Part shown: positions 23,892 to 37,129 of the stretch, in pieces
Numbering within the stretch: the first letter of the stretch is position 1
Layout of the letters: every line of letters starts with the position of its first letter
Assembly: GCF_024521635.1 (NCBI RefSeq)
Contig: NW_026250412.1
Span: forward strand, 124,001 to 188,000
Source: Tricharina praecox
Taxonomy: Eukaryota
Direction of reading: 5' to 3'
DNA length: 64,000 bases
Made by a program: the position numbers and the translations under genes
The notes under the pieces: model-generated
Database searches by the model: none
The model's input: the letters and a program-made list of their open reading frames with translations, nothing else
Told to the model about the DNA's origin: nothing

Positions 23892-26800
23892 CTGAATACT
23901 GAAAAACAGACACAACTACAGAATCCTCCGCGACCACCCCACTCCTCCACTACCTCCTCATTCGCGAAACCCGCGAATAACCCCTCTAACGACGATGGTG
24001 ACGGTGACCTTTCCGAGGCCGAAACGGTGGTTTTGGACGGGCAGGAGGAGGAAGAAGGCCAGGGCTCCATACAATTGCGTATGGAGAATGGCAGCAGGGG
24101 GAGACGGGGGAACGGTGGAAGCAGGCGTGTCACGATGGAAAGGACGGGGGGAAATTCATGGCGGGGAAGGGAAACAGTTGGAGACGGGGAAGAGAGCCCG
24201 CGAAAGAGGAGGAAGAGGAGTGCATCGCTCGGTGAGCCACTGGGAGCAGCAGTTGGTGCCCGAAGAGTGGTGCGAGCAGAGGGAAGTAGCGACAGTGGGG
24301 ATGTTGATGAGGATGAGCACGATGCCGAGTACTCGTCGGCTCTCAGTTCAACACGGTCGTCACGCCAGACTTCGCCGGTGCGGCGACGGAATCCCCGCCA
24401 GCCGCAATCCCATACTCGACAATTCCCACCGAATCCTTCGCACACGCACACGCAGTCGCTCACCATCGAGCCTGATTCCAGGCGTCATTCGTGGGCTTCC
24501 ACCAATTTCTATGACAGCAGTAACACGGTGGGCACTAGCAATAACGGCAACAATTTCAAAAAACGGAAGGCCCCGGTCAATGGTGCTACATCGGACGATG
24601 ACTATCGCGACGACGACGAGCCACCGCATGAAGATGAACCCCAACTAAACCCCAAGCCCGAACCTCGAAAACGAACGCGGACGCGACCCCGGCGGAATCG
24701 AAATCCAGCCCTACGCTTCGAATCCTCCTCGCCGCAGACAAGAAAGCAAACCTCCCGATCGTCCCCCTCACTTCCCCCCAACTCGCGACTCAGCCCGACA
24801 AGAATTACGAAACTTAAGGGAACATCTGCCACAACCACCGCCGCCACTACCACCACCAACTCCGCTGGTCGACCCCAGCGCAAAATACCACTACCAGTCA
24901 TACGGACAACGATCGTTCACCTCTCCGATAATTCGTCATCCGAATCCGAAAGCGAGCCCGCCAGTCGTCGGCGACTTGCCTCTGCCGCTCGCACACCTGG
25001 GTCGCCGATAAGCATGTCTCACAAGCCAAAACGAGATACTGCGGGTCGTACGCACCTGCACCGGGCGTGTGGACGTGGGGCGGTTGCTGAGGTCGAGGCA
25101 ATACTCGAACAGAGCACCGAACTGATAAATGCCGAAGACAATGCAGGTTACATGCCTATCCACGAGGCATCCCTCAATGGCCATCTCGGTGTCGTCAAGG
25201 TATTGGTCAAGTACGGAGCACAGTATGACGTTCGTTCGCGAATCGATCTCGAGTCTCCGCTGCTGGATGCCGTCGAGAACGGTCACGTCCCAGTGATCAA
25301 GTACCTCATCGGCCTGGGCGCCAATCCGACACAACGCGATAACCGGGGAAGGACCTGTTTGGATGCCAACAGTGAGGGCGATGAGTCTCCGGAAGTTCGT
25401 GAGGAGATTGAAGCACTACTCAAAGCAGCCTCCAAACAACGACCGGTGCAGCGAGCCTCCGACGATGAGAATATAAGTGTTCGAGGAGGAGGCCGTGATA
25501 GTCCGTCGTCGAGGGATGATTCCGTCGTTAGTCCCGCCCATCAATCCCCCGCTGCGCCCGCTCAGAGCACTCGGAGGAGGAATGCCAGGGCCGAACAGAG
25601 TAGGAAGGACCTGTTGTGGTTGGATTCCGGAAAGGGTTCAGTCATCAAACTTCGAGAAAAGGCGAGGGAGGGGGATATGGAGATGGTGCATGCTCTGCTG
25701 GAAACCGGCCTGAAACCTGATACCGAAGCTTTGGTTGGAGCCATCAAGGGTGGGCATGCTGAACTTGTCAGTCTGTTGTTGGCGTACCAGGCCGAGGTGG
25801 ATCCGGCGCCCGGAGTGGTGGACAGAGAAGGGAGCAGGAGGAAGCGAGAAGTGTCGATGCCGGCAGCAGAGGAAACGCCTATGCTCGCAGCCATCGGACG
25901 TGGCAACAATGTCATTCTACGCTACCTCCTCGAAAACGGCGCGGATCCTCTCCGAAAAGACAGCAAAGGCCGGACATATCCCGAAATCGCTCGCGAGAGG
26001 GAAGGGGAATACTGGCAGGAGGAAGTCGCATTGCTGCAAGAGGCTTGGCAAAAGGCGGGTGGACGAAGCGAGGCCAAGTCACCATCCCGTCATAAATCCT
26101 CGCCAAAGGCCAGACACCCGACAATGAATGCGAACACGTCCACAGCGAAACAGTCACGACGTAATTCTTCATCCAATCCGAGTCAGAGCGGCCGCCCCAC
26201 ACGATCATCGAACACCGACGAGAAACGTTCGACGTCGGCGAATCCGTCCCATCGTGCGAGCGATCTTCCCACCGTCAGCGAGTCGGAGTCCGTGGCGGCC
26301 GGTGGCGCGGCAGCAGCTAAGAAACGACGGAGACTAGTCTCTGGAAAAGTTCGTGACGAGGAGGCTGCGCGTGCTGCCGATTCCCCGACGACGATGAAGG
26401 AACGCGATGATGAACGTGACAGTGGCAAGAAGACTACCGAAAAGCCATCGGTCGTCAAGGCCGTCAAGACCGAAATCGAGGACACCATCAAAGTCGAGGC
26501 CCCCCCAAAGAAGCAGACGAAGCAGGAGCCTTCCGAGGATGCTCCGATGGAGGATGCTCCCCCGCTCGTTCGACCAGCGAAAGTAAGGTCTACACGGGAG
26601 CGCCGACCGTCCAGCACGAGATCGAACAGCACCGCGAGGGAAATGAAGCGACCGGCTTCCAGAACGCGTTCCCCACCACGGGCTCCACGGTCGGATATCG
26701 AACGACGTCAGCAGGAGGAGCAACTGAGACGACGCAGGAGGGAGGAACATCCGGATGATCGTGACCGCCGAAGGGATTCCATCACCGAAGAGCCCCGACG

Positions 26801-28585
26801 CCTAAAACGCGAAGAGTCGTCGAAACCTCCCACCCCCGCCGCTCCCGAGCCCCCACGTCGCCGCGACGCGTCAACCTCGTCGAACGCCGATAAGTCACGC
26901 CCAGGCGAAGATGACCGCCGTCAGAGGGTCAAGGAACGGGAGAAGGAGAAGAGGACGACGAAGGAAGGGCGACTACGGGAAAAGGGACTGGCTGGTGGAA
27001 TCAGTCAGGAGCAGCTCCAATCGGAAGCCCGCGAAGTCTTGAGGAAAAAACATCTCATCAAGGAGTTGGCCTCGATCCAAAAAAAGGCCCTCAAGGAATC
27101 CATGGAGAAGCGTGCTGACGAGGTCATCAACCGTGAACTGGAGCTACGGCGACTACGGGAGGAGGAAGAGCGAAGGCAGCGGATCATTCGTGAGCGGGAG
27201 GAACAGGAGCAGGAGGAGAAAGAGAAGGTTGAAAAGGAAGCTCGCGAGAAAGCCGAGAAGGAACAACTTCAAGAGGAACTCCGCGAAAAGTCTGAACAGA
27301 TCAAACGCGATCTGGAGGCGAAACGACGAGGGGAACTGGAACGTCAAGCCCATGCCAAGGCGGAGGCCGAACGAATCCAGAAGGAGGCGGCTGAACGCGA
27401 GGCAAGGGCACGGCAGGAGAGGGAGGAGCAGGAGCGTGAGGAACGAGAAGCCAGGGAGAAGGTGGAGAGGGAGGCTAAAGAGAAGGAGGAGAGGGAACGC
27501 CAGGCACGGATCGAGGAGGAGGCACGACTCGAAGAAGAACGACAGAGGGAGGCCGTCCGCGCTGAACAACGCCGTCTTGAGATCCAACACAAGAAGGAGG
27601 AGGCAGAGAGGCAGCGTTTGGAGCACGAGCGTCTGGAACAGGAACGCAGAGCCGCCGAGGAAGAGTCCAAGCGCCGAGATCTGGAGCTTGAAAAGGCGAG
27701 GAAGGAGGCCAGAGACCGGAAAGTCGCCGAGGAACTCCAGCAGCAGATCACGCGTGAACAGGAAGCTCTTCGCCTTCAGCAACAGGCGAAGGAAGAAGCT
27801 CGAATCCAGTCACTTCCCCATACCCTTCGTGTGGCCGCAGAGCAACAGACTCTCGCTCTCCCTGCCGAAGATTTCCGGCATTTCATCCCATTCTTTGTCG
27901 CCACGCTGCCCAACTTGGGGGAGTCTACCCCGAACGGTACCGTGCACAAGCAGGAGCGGTGGGTGCTGAACCTTCAGGTCGCCCTCGTACTCGGCACTAC
28001 GAATCTCGAACTCAACGGATACCAACTGACGGAACGTCGGACGGCGACGGAACACGAGAGGCTGCGTATGTGGAGCGTGCTCTCGCCCATCCTTTGTGAA
28101 GACGTGAGTTGGAGCAAAAAGACGATGGAAGAGCGGGCGCAGGCGCGGACTATGGAGATGGAGAAGTACTTGAACATCAAGTCGGTCTTCTGGGTGAAGG
28201 TGCGTTTTATGCATGTCCAAACTATCGCATGTCGTCCTATATACTGACTTTTGATTGGATTTAGTTCAGCGACATTCAAGCCATCGCTTCACACGATCCG
28301 CGATATGCCAGCTTCCTCGAGCAAGGCCTTCCCACCGTCGAAGTGGCCATGGACGTTCCGACGTACGGCAAGGGCAGCCCCGCTAGCCTCTCCCTCCCCC
28401 CGAGCCGCGAGCAGATGGCAGAACGGGTCAGGAGACGGTTCAGCATACCGGTCAGCGAGGCCTGGGCCAAACAATACTCGTCCTCATCCACCAGTCCCGA
28501 TCCTCCATCCACCACCTCCTCCTCTCACTCTCACTCTCACTCTCAATCCATGCCACCTCCTGGCATCCACAACTCTTCCGGATAA
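23643..28585 (+). CDS. Large ankyrin-repeat and coiled-coil protein, probable Hos4-like subunit of the Set3 HDAC complex, ~1625 aa, 2 exons (23643-28199, 28265-28585)
   Basis: 1534-aa ORF with KRDTAGRTHLHRAC, DNAGYMPIHEASLNGH, ESPLLDAVENGH and ETPMLAAIGRGN ankyrin repeats, plus a long E/R/K coiled coil. The intron after FWVK joins in frame to the 28343-28585 ORF. The Hos4 assignment rests on architecture. Confidence 0.85.
23790..23891 (+). repeat. Coding (CAA)n microsatellite, 34 Gln
   Basis: Near-pure CAA run inside the Hos4-like ORF. Confidence 0.97.
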
Positions 28586-30800
28586 TTGGCGTTCTCGGCG
28601 TGAGGGGTGTTCTTTTTTTTTTCTTTTCCTTTTTTTTCCTTTCCTTTTCTTAATGTTTTTCCTTTTCTTGATATGTTTTCCCTTGTGTACTGGGTGTTTT
28701 TTTTGTTCTTTCTTCTTCCTTTTTTCTTCACTTTACTTTTACTATACTTCAACTTGCCCTGGGTTTTTCTGTTTTTTTTTTTTTTTTTGCTCGGTGGGGG
28801 GAGGTTAGCTTCAATGAATTGCAAGTGTCGTGTTGTCGTGTCGTTGTGTCGTGTTGTCGTGGCGTGTCGTGTGGTGTGTCAACTCTGTCTATCTGATTGT
28901 CGGATTGTCGGATCTTTCTGATTTGGTAGATATTCCCATTGTCGAATTTTCCGCATGCGGAGTTTGGATCTGGTGTTATTTCTGATCATGTTTTTGTCTG
29001 TGTCTGTGTGTGCATGTGTATGTGTTCTACGAGGGATTGATGAAGGGGGGGGGGGGATGGGTGGGGGAGGGGGTGTGTTTTTCGTTTTTGTGTGGGGTGA
29101 GGGGGGTGAGGGGGGTGTGAGGGTGTGATGGGGTCTAAGGACACAGGGGGGAGAGCGTGTGAAGGGGGAGATATGATATCCAATACCTTATCCTTTTTGT
29201 CTCTGTTTGGCTGGCTGTAGGCGTAGCATTGTATGGGATGATTTGACCGATGGTGATCGATGGTGATGATGGGTAGGGTGATGTGATGTTGTTAATGACG
29301 TATGGTTTGTGAATGGGTGGGTGTTTTGGCATTCTGAGGGACTTGGAACTTGGAAGAACTGGGAATTCAATAGGTATTTGGTGAAGCAGTTCAAGCATCG
29401 TGTTTGGTTAGCCCTTTCGATCCGCGTGAGGATTGAGGATTCTACCTATTGCGGATTCTACCTACCGAGGATTCTACCTACTGGGCCGGAGGCTGATGAT
29501 TCTGTTGGGTTGTTTGATCGTTGATGATTGAATCATTGAATGATTGATGATCGATCATTGTATCATTGAGGCTAGGTATGTAAGTAGGACACGGCAATAC
29601 ACAGACTTCACTTATCCCGTCTGCACTGTGCAGTCGCCGCCGGCTTCTAAGTTCTATGTAATGGGTGAGGGTGGGCCGTGGTTTGTATGACAAGTACGAT
29701 AGGTACTTGGATGGGTTGACGGAGTTGGATGATGTGAGATGATGTGAGAAGACATGAGGCGAGCACCCGCCTGATGCCGCCGCCGCCGAGTACTCTACCG
29801 TCCGTAGCTGCTAGCACATGCGATAAGATGTTAAGATCCCGGAAGACCGGAGAGCGCAACGTACCGAACTATCTACTAGTGAGTTACCCGACGGCGGCGC
29901 CGGTTAACTGTCCCGCCGGCATGCCGACGCTGGCATACCGGGTATGTACTCTACCGTATGGGATGTGGGATGTGTGCTGCCGGGAGCTCCGTCCGCACAC
30001 AAACACTGTCCTTCCGACGGTACAACACAGTTGTATTGGAAGTTTCCCTAATCCCTGGGACGGACCGTCTACCTCGTCCGCTGGGGTGGTAGAGTTGCGA
30101 TACCTAACCCTCGCAGGTCCATTGACAGAGGTTTCGGACGGAGGTAAGATTCGTGTGCATTACTCATGGATATCTAGTCCCCGTACCTATGTTATTACTA
30201 GATACCTAGGATTTAAGGGCGGTTGGAAAGTTGGGTTTGCCGCTTATCGGTCTTCCGTATTGTCTACATGAGGATACATCTGGAATCCCTCGGCATGAGT
30301 GATTGAAAAAGGCACGTCTACGATCCATGGAGAGCTGTTAAGAGTGATGACTACTAGTGTTCTAGTAGCTAGCAAGAGTTCCATTGCTCTGCCCATATCT
30401 CTGATTCATGGCCGAGCTTTAGGCAGTGTGTTTCTTGGAGTCTAGTTTTCATGTTTCTTAAGATCTGTGGTTATGGCTGCTGCCAAGTGAACTTGGAGTT
30501 AAGCATCACAATCCACCAGTCCGCCGGCGCACTCCAGTCAAGTCATCAGTTCCGGCAGTCAATCAATCGTATTCGTCGACAACTACCGCTCACTCCCCCC
30601 TCCCCCCTTCTCACCCCCGCCCCAAACCCATAAAGCAACAAGTAGTAACACCGCAAGTATCCCGAACGAAACGTGAAACGTGAAAAGAGAACGATTTTTG
30701 TGCGACGAAGTTAAAGCTTTTTTCGTATTTTTATTTGCTCAACCACGTACGTCACTAAGCCCCCGACGGAAAAACAGCATTCTCCGAAAAGCGACACCGT

Positions 30801-31363
30801 TTAGTGCCTCCTGGACTCGGCAATGACGTTCGTCAACTCGTCGACCTTTCTCTTGGCGCGTCCGTAGGTTCCAAGCTATCGCAGGTGTTAGACAGGGGTG
30901 GTCGAGGGGAGGAGGGAGGGATGCTCACCCTCTTCTTGGCGAGCTTGCGGGCACGCTTGTCCTTGGAGTTGCGGAGCAACTCAATGACACGGCGCTCGTA
31001 GGGGGAGAGACTATTGTTCAACGACTGTCAGCGGGGAGATCCGACGCAGCGTAGATGTGAAGTGAACCCACCCAGCAACCTCCTTAACGATCTCGCGGAC
31101 GAACTGTGTGCGCTTGGAAAGGTGTCCCTTGCGGCGGGAGATCTTTGCCTTGGGGTCGCGGGGAGTGAGCTTGTTGTATCCCTTGTTGGGCCCGTAGGCG
31201 ATACCTATAATTCGAAGCATTCGATCAGCCGCGTGTCCCCTTTGCTATCGTTGCCATAGTCCGCATCGTCGCCTGCCGTCGTCGGAATTTCGAGCGGCAA
31301 TAATTCGGGACCGTGGTGGGAGTGTAGAGTTGGAGTAGACGTACCGGACTTCGCGACTGCCAT
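30801..31363 (-). CDS. RPL36: 60S ribosomal protein L36 (eL36), 102 aa, 4 exons (31363-31345, 31204-31072, 31010-30929, 30875-30801)
   Basis: [74 protein letters not shown]. Confidence 0.98.
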
Positions 31364-31702
31364 TGCTGCGATGTGTTAGTGTAGATTTGTCGAGCTCGGT
31401 CGGTCGTCGGGGGGGGTGGTTTTGGGTATATTTTTTGGGTGGGTCCTGTTTGCTGGGGGGGTTGCGCGCACAGTGCGTGTGAAATCCTTTGTGGCGCACC
31501 AAAAAGTGTGACTGCGCTTATGCGCGATAGGGCACAGGCTAGCCCTGGATTTTTTTCACACACGACGGAAGCCCCACCAACGACCGAAGAACGAAGCCCC
31601 GAACCATCATCTTACCGACAAAGCAAGGAACTTCCTCGAGGACCGCCAAAGACATCACGACAATCAGAAATTACCTTCACTCCACCCACTACATCAAAAA
31701 TC
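31364..31702. promoter_or_regulatory. Bidirectional RPL36/RPS12 promoter with Homol-D box
   Basis: 339 bp between divergent ATGs. TGTGACTG (reverse complement of CAGTCACA) at 31507-31514 and inverted TAGGGC...GCCCTG at ~31528-31547. Confidence 0.8.
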
Positions 31703-32367
31703 ATGGTACGTTTGCAGCGTCGGAATCGAACACATAAATTTGAAATACAAGAAAAGTCGCTAACACCCACCACAGTCTGACGCAGGAGAGGAAGTACGTC
31801 TTCGCTTTGTTATCCCAGCAGTCGCAGCTACGACGCTGCCACCGGGCCCCCCTCGTTCCACTCATACCTAACACACGCTACTAGATCCCCCAGGTCGAGG
31901 CCGCCGAGGAGATCGAGGTCCCCGCCGACGCTGCTACCAAGGGGCAGATGTCCGTCGAGGACGCTCTCAAGGGTGTTCTCCGCCACGCCCTCGTGCACGA
32001 CGGACTCGCCCGCGGTCTCCGTGAGGCCTCGAAGGCTCTGGACCGTCGTCAGGCACACATGTGTGTTCTGAACGAGAACTGCGATGAGGACGCCTACAAA
32101 AAGCTCGTTGAGGCCTTGTGCTCAGAGCACAAGATCCCCCTCATCAAGGTTGCCGACGGAAAGAAGCTCGGAGAGTGGGCTGGTCTTTGTATGTCCCTCC
32201 GCAACTAGTGAAACGCATCGGAGTCGGAACTAACACCGATATCAGGCGTCCTCGACCGTGAGGGCAACGCCCGCAAGGTCGTCAACTGCTCGTGCTGTGT
32301 CGTCCGCGACTGGGGTGAGGAGTCGCAGGAGCGCAACGTCCTCCTCGAGTACTTCGAGACCCGGTAA
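31703..32367 (+). CDS. RPS12: 40S ribosomal protein S12 (eS12), 148 aa, 4 coding exons (31703-31705, 31776-31793, 31885-32188, 32246-32367)
   Basis: [77 protein letters not shown]. Confidence 0.98.
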
Positions 32368-33012
32368 ATCGACAACATTTCCTACGACATCATCGCATCC
32401 TGTCATTGCTAGTTGGAGGATACCAGATTCTCTTTCAGTATAACGACTATTGAGATGGTATGGGAATAAAAATTGACTTGGCGATGTTGAGCAAATGGAG
32501 TTCTGTTTTCGGGAATCGGGGAAAAAAAGGGGTGTTAATTTACTTGTGTTTTTTCTTCTTGGCTCGTAAATGAAATAAGGGTTTGCCAATTCCACGGTTC
32601 ACGAATGCTGTGACTCGGTCTGCTCATAAACCCTGGTTTGTGGGACGGTTTCGTAACTTCGTGATGCTAAAAAGCCAATATCCATATCTCACTCGCCAGG
32701 GTAGACTTATGTGAAGAAAGTGCTCGAAAATGTCTTCGATGTCACGATCACCTGGGGGTGTCCATCCCACTCTGGGACTTCTCGACCTGCGCCGACTGCA
32801 TCCGCCCGGCCAGCCACATGTTCGCGCCATCATCCATTCCCTCTGCCATCCCTCTGCCATCCCACCACGACCACCAAGCAACAATGAAACCAAAACCCCA
32901 CTTCCCATCGCATCGCATCCCATGTCATCCCATCCCACCCCATCCCATCCTTAATCTCAGTCATGACCTCGTATCAAAAGCAGCATGCGCGATTCCCTTC
33001 CGCTCCTCAGTG

Positions 33013-35000
33013 CTAACCCGCGCCATCGCCCCTCATCCACCTGGGGCGATTCTGTTCCGCGGCCGCCGTAGCGTCCTTGAACCACCTGGGCGCCTCGACA
33101 GTATCGAACGTGTTCCGAATGCGGTGCACGAACCCGCCAAGCCCCAGTATTCCGCCGTCGAGCGGCGGCGCCGCGTCCTCTTCCTCCTCCGTAGGGTTGT
33201 CTCTATACCTCGAGGGTCGTGTGGTGGTGGGGTTGGTGGTGGCGGAGCCGTAGTTCATCAGCCTTCCCGTGGTCACGCCCTGTAGCTCGCGCTCGATAAG
33301 GTCTCTCCCCTCCCTCCAGCCGCCGCCGCCGAATACGTCGTCCTCGTCGTCGTCTTCGACATCGCCAAAGCCACAGACGTTCTTAACGCGGCTGTAGAGA
33401 TTGAAGAGGCTTGCGCAGACGGGGATCAGCACGAGCACGGGGAACCAATCGTTGAAGCCCTCAGAGATGGTCGAGAGCTTGATCAGCTTCCCGAGGAAAT
33501 TGTAGAACACGCTTTTTTGCACGATGTCCTCCTCCGGCAGGAATAGCACGAAGTTGTACGCGAGCGGCACGGTGAGCCGTGCCGCGTACGAGGCGTAGAA
33601 GCATGCGGAACTCGCGGAGGTCCCCCGCTTGACGAGCGCGTATGAGCCCCACACTTTGACCGAGCTGAGGGTGTAGTACGCCGCGAAACACATGTAGGCG
33701 ATCCAGAGACTCGAGATGCATTGGCCCGCGAACCCGATTTTGCCCGTCGAGGAGCTGGGATGGTGCACGACGGTGTATCGGATGACAGCGAGCTTGGGGA
33801 AGGCGGAGTATACGAGCTCGGTCCAGACTATCATCGCCGACGCGATGGAGAGCAGGACACCTAGGAGCAGGTGAATGTAGGGGACAACGTGGAAGTGGTA
33901 GATGTGTCGCGTGTAGGGGTTGAGCACAGAGATGTTCTCGAGCAGTGTGGGCGACGTGAAGTGTTTTATAAACGTCAAGCGCTGCGACGACTTGGAGTCG
34001 AGGACGGACTGCGCGTCCGCCGCGGCCTGGACCAGGTTCTCCCACTCGGAGAGGAACCGCGCACGGCGGTGAATGCACAGCTTCAGCTTCCTCGTCAACG
34101 CCGCCAGGTACTGTTCCGTGATGACCTGCGGCACACTGGACCTCTGACCCAGCAGTCCACCCGCGAAAGCGCCTCCACCGCGGCGCGCACTCCCCGCAGA
34201 CAGCGGAACGCGCGCCATGTCCGCGATCTCCTCAATCCAGTCTTGGAACTCGAGCGCGGTCCCCGTCTTGCGCTCAGCCACGAGCGCAACCTCGCCCTCC
34301 ACCGCCTCGAGATTGCTCGTCGCTTCGACTAGCTTCTCGTATGCGCGTGGCGCGCGCCGCTGCAGCTCCCGCAACGTGCCGGACACACTCGCCGCCCGGA
34401 ACAGCCCCCGCGGGATCGCAACGAGCCCGTGCCCCATCAGTGATATCGCGAGGAATAAGGCGTAGCAGTAGGATATCGCCACGAGGAGCGCTTGGATACT
34501 GTAGATGTGCACGCCGGACGTGATGAAGAAGTAGACAAGACCCACACCGCCGACGGTGAGCATCGTGAGGTGGTAGCGGACATTTTCGCGGAGCGATTGG
34601 AGGAGGCGTTTCTGCGGCGACCGGTGGCCGGAGTCGGAGTACGAGAGGAGGATCGGGAGGATCGCCCAGGTGAGGACGAAGCAGAGCCAGTAGGAGATTC
34701 GCCAGGAGATCAGGAGAACTCGCTGAGGAAGCGTGACACCTTTACTCTCCACATCAGCTGCATCCCGGTCAAGCAGAGGGGATCAGGTATACCCCGCGAC
34801 CCATCATCCGTGGCCGAGCTGGATGCAAGATCAATGGGCACGAGTACGATAATCGACGACGACAGGAACAGTCCCAGAAACGTAGAGACGAGCAGGTACT
34901 CCGGCGAGCTTCGGAGCGGCAGATACCGTCGCTGCAGCAGCAGTGTCACCACCGCGATGAAGAATAGACACAGCGCAAAAAAGATCGCAGAACTGATCAT
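33013..35000 (-). CDS. LMBR1-domain multi-pass membrane protein (LMBRD2-like), ~644 aa, 2 exons (35000-34793, 34739-33013)
   Basis: IIVLVPIDLAS, WRISYWLCFVLTWAILP, YSDSG, SLRENVRY, LMGHGLVAIPR, YAARLTVPLAYNF and many hydrophobic segments. Confidence 0.92.
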
Positions 35001-37129
35001 CGTGGATGATGTGGAGGCAAGCTGAGCATGGAGAGCTCAAAGGGCGGGGTTTGGAGCGGAAGTTGAGGTTGACGCAGTGCTAGTGGGCTAACCCGACCTG
35101 CCAGCTAACTATAACTAGAGTAACCTAACCCACGCGGGGCCCACGACACGTACGCGCGAAACGTCGGATGTGCGAAACTCCATGGTTGCACAGATGCGGA
35201 CGGTTCTGGACGGTGATCACGCAGCAGAAGCACTCTATTCTGCACGATGGCAGGGAGACCGGATCTCCAAGGCCCCAGGACTCCCAGACTCCCAGAGTCT
35301 CGTTATGATAATAGAGTACATACAACGTCAGGTCACTCCACATAGAAAGACAGTCGTATGCGCCGATAATCACCCGGTCAAGGCCTGATCAGGCAAGTAA
35401 TTCGCACATCTATAATCCCGCGCCTGGAGCTCTTGGGTCTGCATATTCCCCGCGCGAGTCTGGGGCTCCAAGGGAGGGGTACGGATGGCGATCCAAGACA
35501 CGGAGCACACAGGTAGGTATCCCATACTGGCATCCCCACGAGTCGCAAGAACCATGGTGCATAGAGTACCTATAGCACTCTACGGATCATGCACCGCAGC
35601 ACTGGACATTGGACAATGCAGGGTGGAGGCCCAACTGTGAGAGTATTTTTGTCCTCACCAATCATTCGAGGGAGGAGGCAGGTCCGGGCGGTATAAGCGC
35701 GCTGATATCAGGATGGAGTACCTATCTTTCCGGTTAGTGGGTGGGGAAGATGGAAGATGAGAAGTCCTTTCGAGCCTTGCAGCCTGCAAACATTCAGAGC
35801 GCGTGGGGCGGAAGAGAATGCCACGGCTCCTGCTCAGCAGTTCTCTTTCCCAAGATCGAGAAGTTCCTGGCAGAGTAACGAAACGAGGGGAACCTGAGGA
35901 TGTTTGGATGTAAGGGACCCGGCTTCTCGATATCCATGCCGCTCGACTGCGAGCCTGGGTCGGGCGGGCGGTTCTGGATCACTGCGTGTTGGAGATGCGA
36001 TCTGTGTGTCTACAGGCGCTTGTCAGCAAGAGGGAATCAGCAAGAGCGGGGTCAGGAGCAGAGCGAGTACTGTTTACATACGCCCACACTCTTGCGAGCC
36101 GATTGCCGCTTGAGGAGAGTGGCCGAGTACTGTATGTAGTCGTCGAGAACAGGAGACGGTTCTGGGGGAGGAGTGTCTCCAACACTCCAGAGAAGCCCCG
36201 AGAACTGGCCCGACGGCACAACGAACGTGCCGGTGCGAAGCGAATGGTGATTTTTTGCTTCCTTCCCCTTCTATCCGCCGCAATGTGAACCGGCGTTTGT
36301 ATGTAGATACGTTGCTCCCGTTCGTTGGACTATCACGGTCCAGCAATGTCCAGAGTGTGGCGGTGGCTTGGGCCAGCCAGCTCGCTTCGTGAATCTGCAC
36401 ACGCATCCAGTACTCTGCTCTACCCAGTCCCGCATCCATCGCGGTACTATCATATCTAGTACAATACTGCAACTTCTCCGCACGAGCCCTCCCCCGCCTC
36501 CACTCCCCTCCACCCCCGCCCACTCCCATCCACGCACTACCACCGCCTTCGCACTCGAGGACCCTCTCCTCCAACTGTCGGACATTGCGCCCTCCTGAAT
36601 ACCCCCAAAAAACAAACGTCCTTACTCAGCTACGACGGTCGCTGCAGACACGCACATTCCCCCCTGCTCGGCTGGAATAAAAAAACAGGACAACAATAGC
36701 AGCAGCTTCGAGTCCGATTCGCCCACTACTAGCCCCCTCCATTACCACCTCTATCACCTATCGATCATCACCCTCGGCCTCTTCCCGTTTTAACTCCAGG
36801 CCATCACACGGATCTGTCGCTTCCCGTCGACTCCCCCGACTCCCCTCCCCGTTCCGCGTTATCAACATCCACCCGCCATCGCCCCAGCCGTGTGCGATCG
36901 CAACGCAACTAACTACTCCAAGAAGCACAGCCAACCATAACTTGACGATAATCTGTGCGGAACGGAACATCGACGACTAAGCGGCCGCCGAGACCCCCCG
37001 TCCCGTTAGAGCTCAACAGACAAGTGGCTACAGCCCTTGACTAAGACCCGTCTTCTCCGACTCCATTGCACCCCTTACACCTTACGCTACCACCCTAACC
37101 ACCACCATCCCCACTACCACTACAGAGCT

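Noticed and set aside
23507..24466. Poly-Cys, poly-Val and poly-Asn ORFs, and similar antisense ORFs over the Med15-like gene
   Set aside because: Alternative-frame or antisense shadows of CAA/CAG repeats in real genes.
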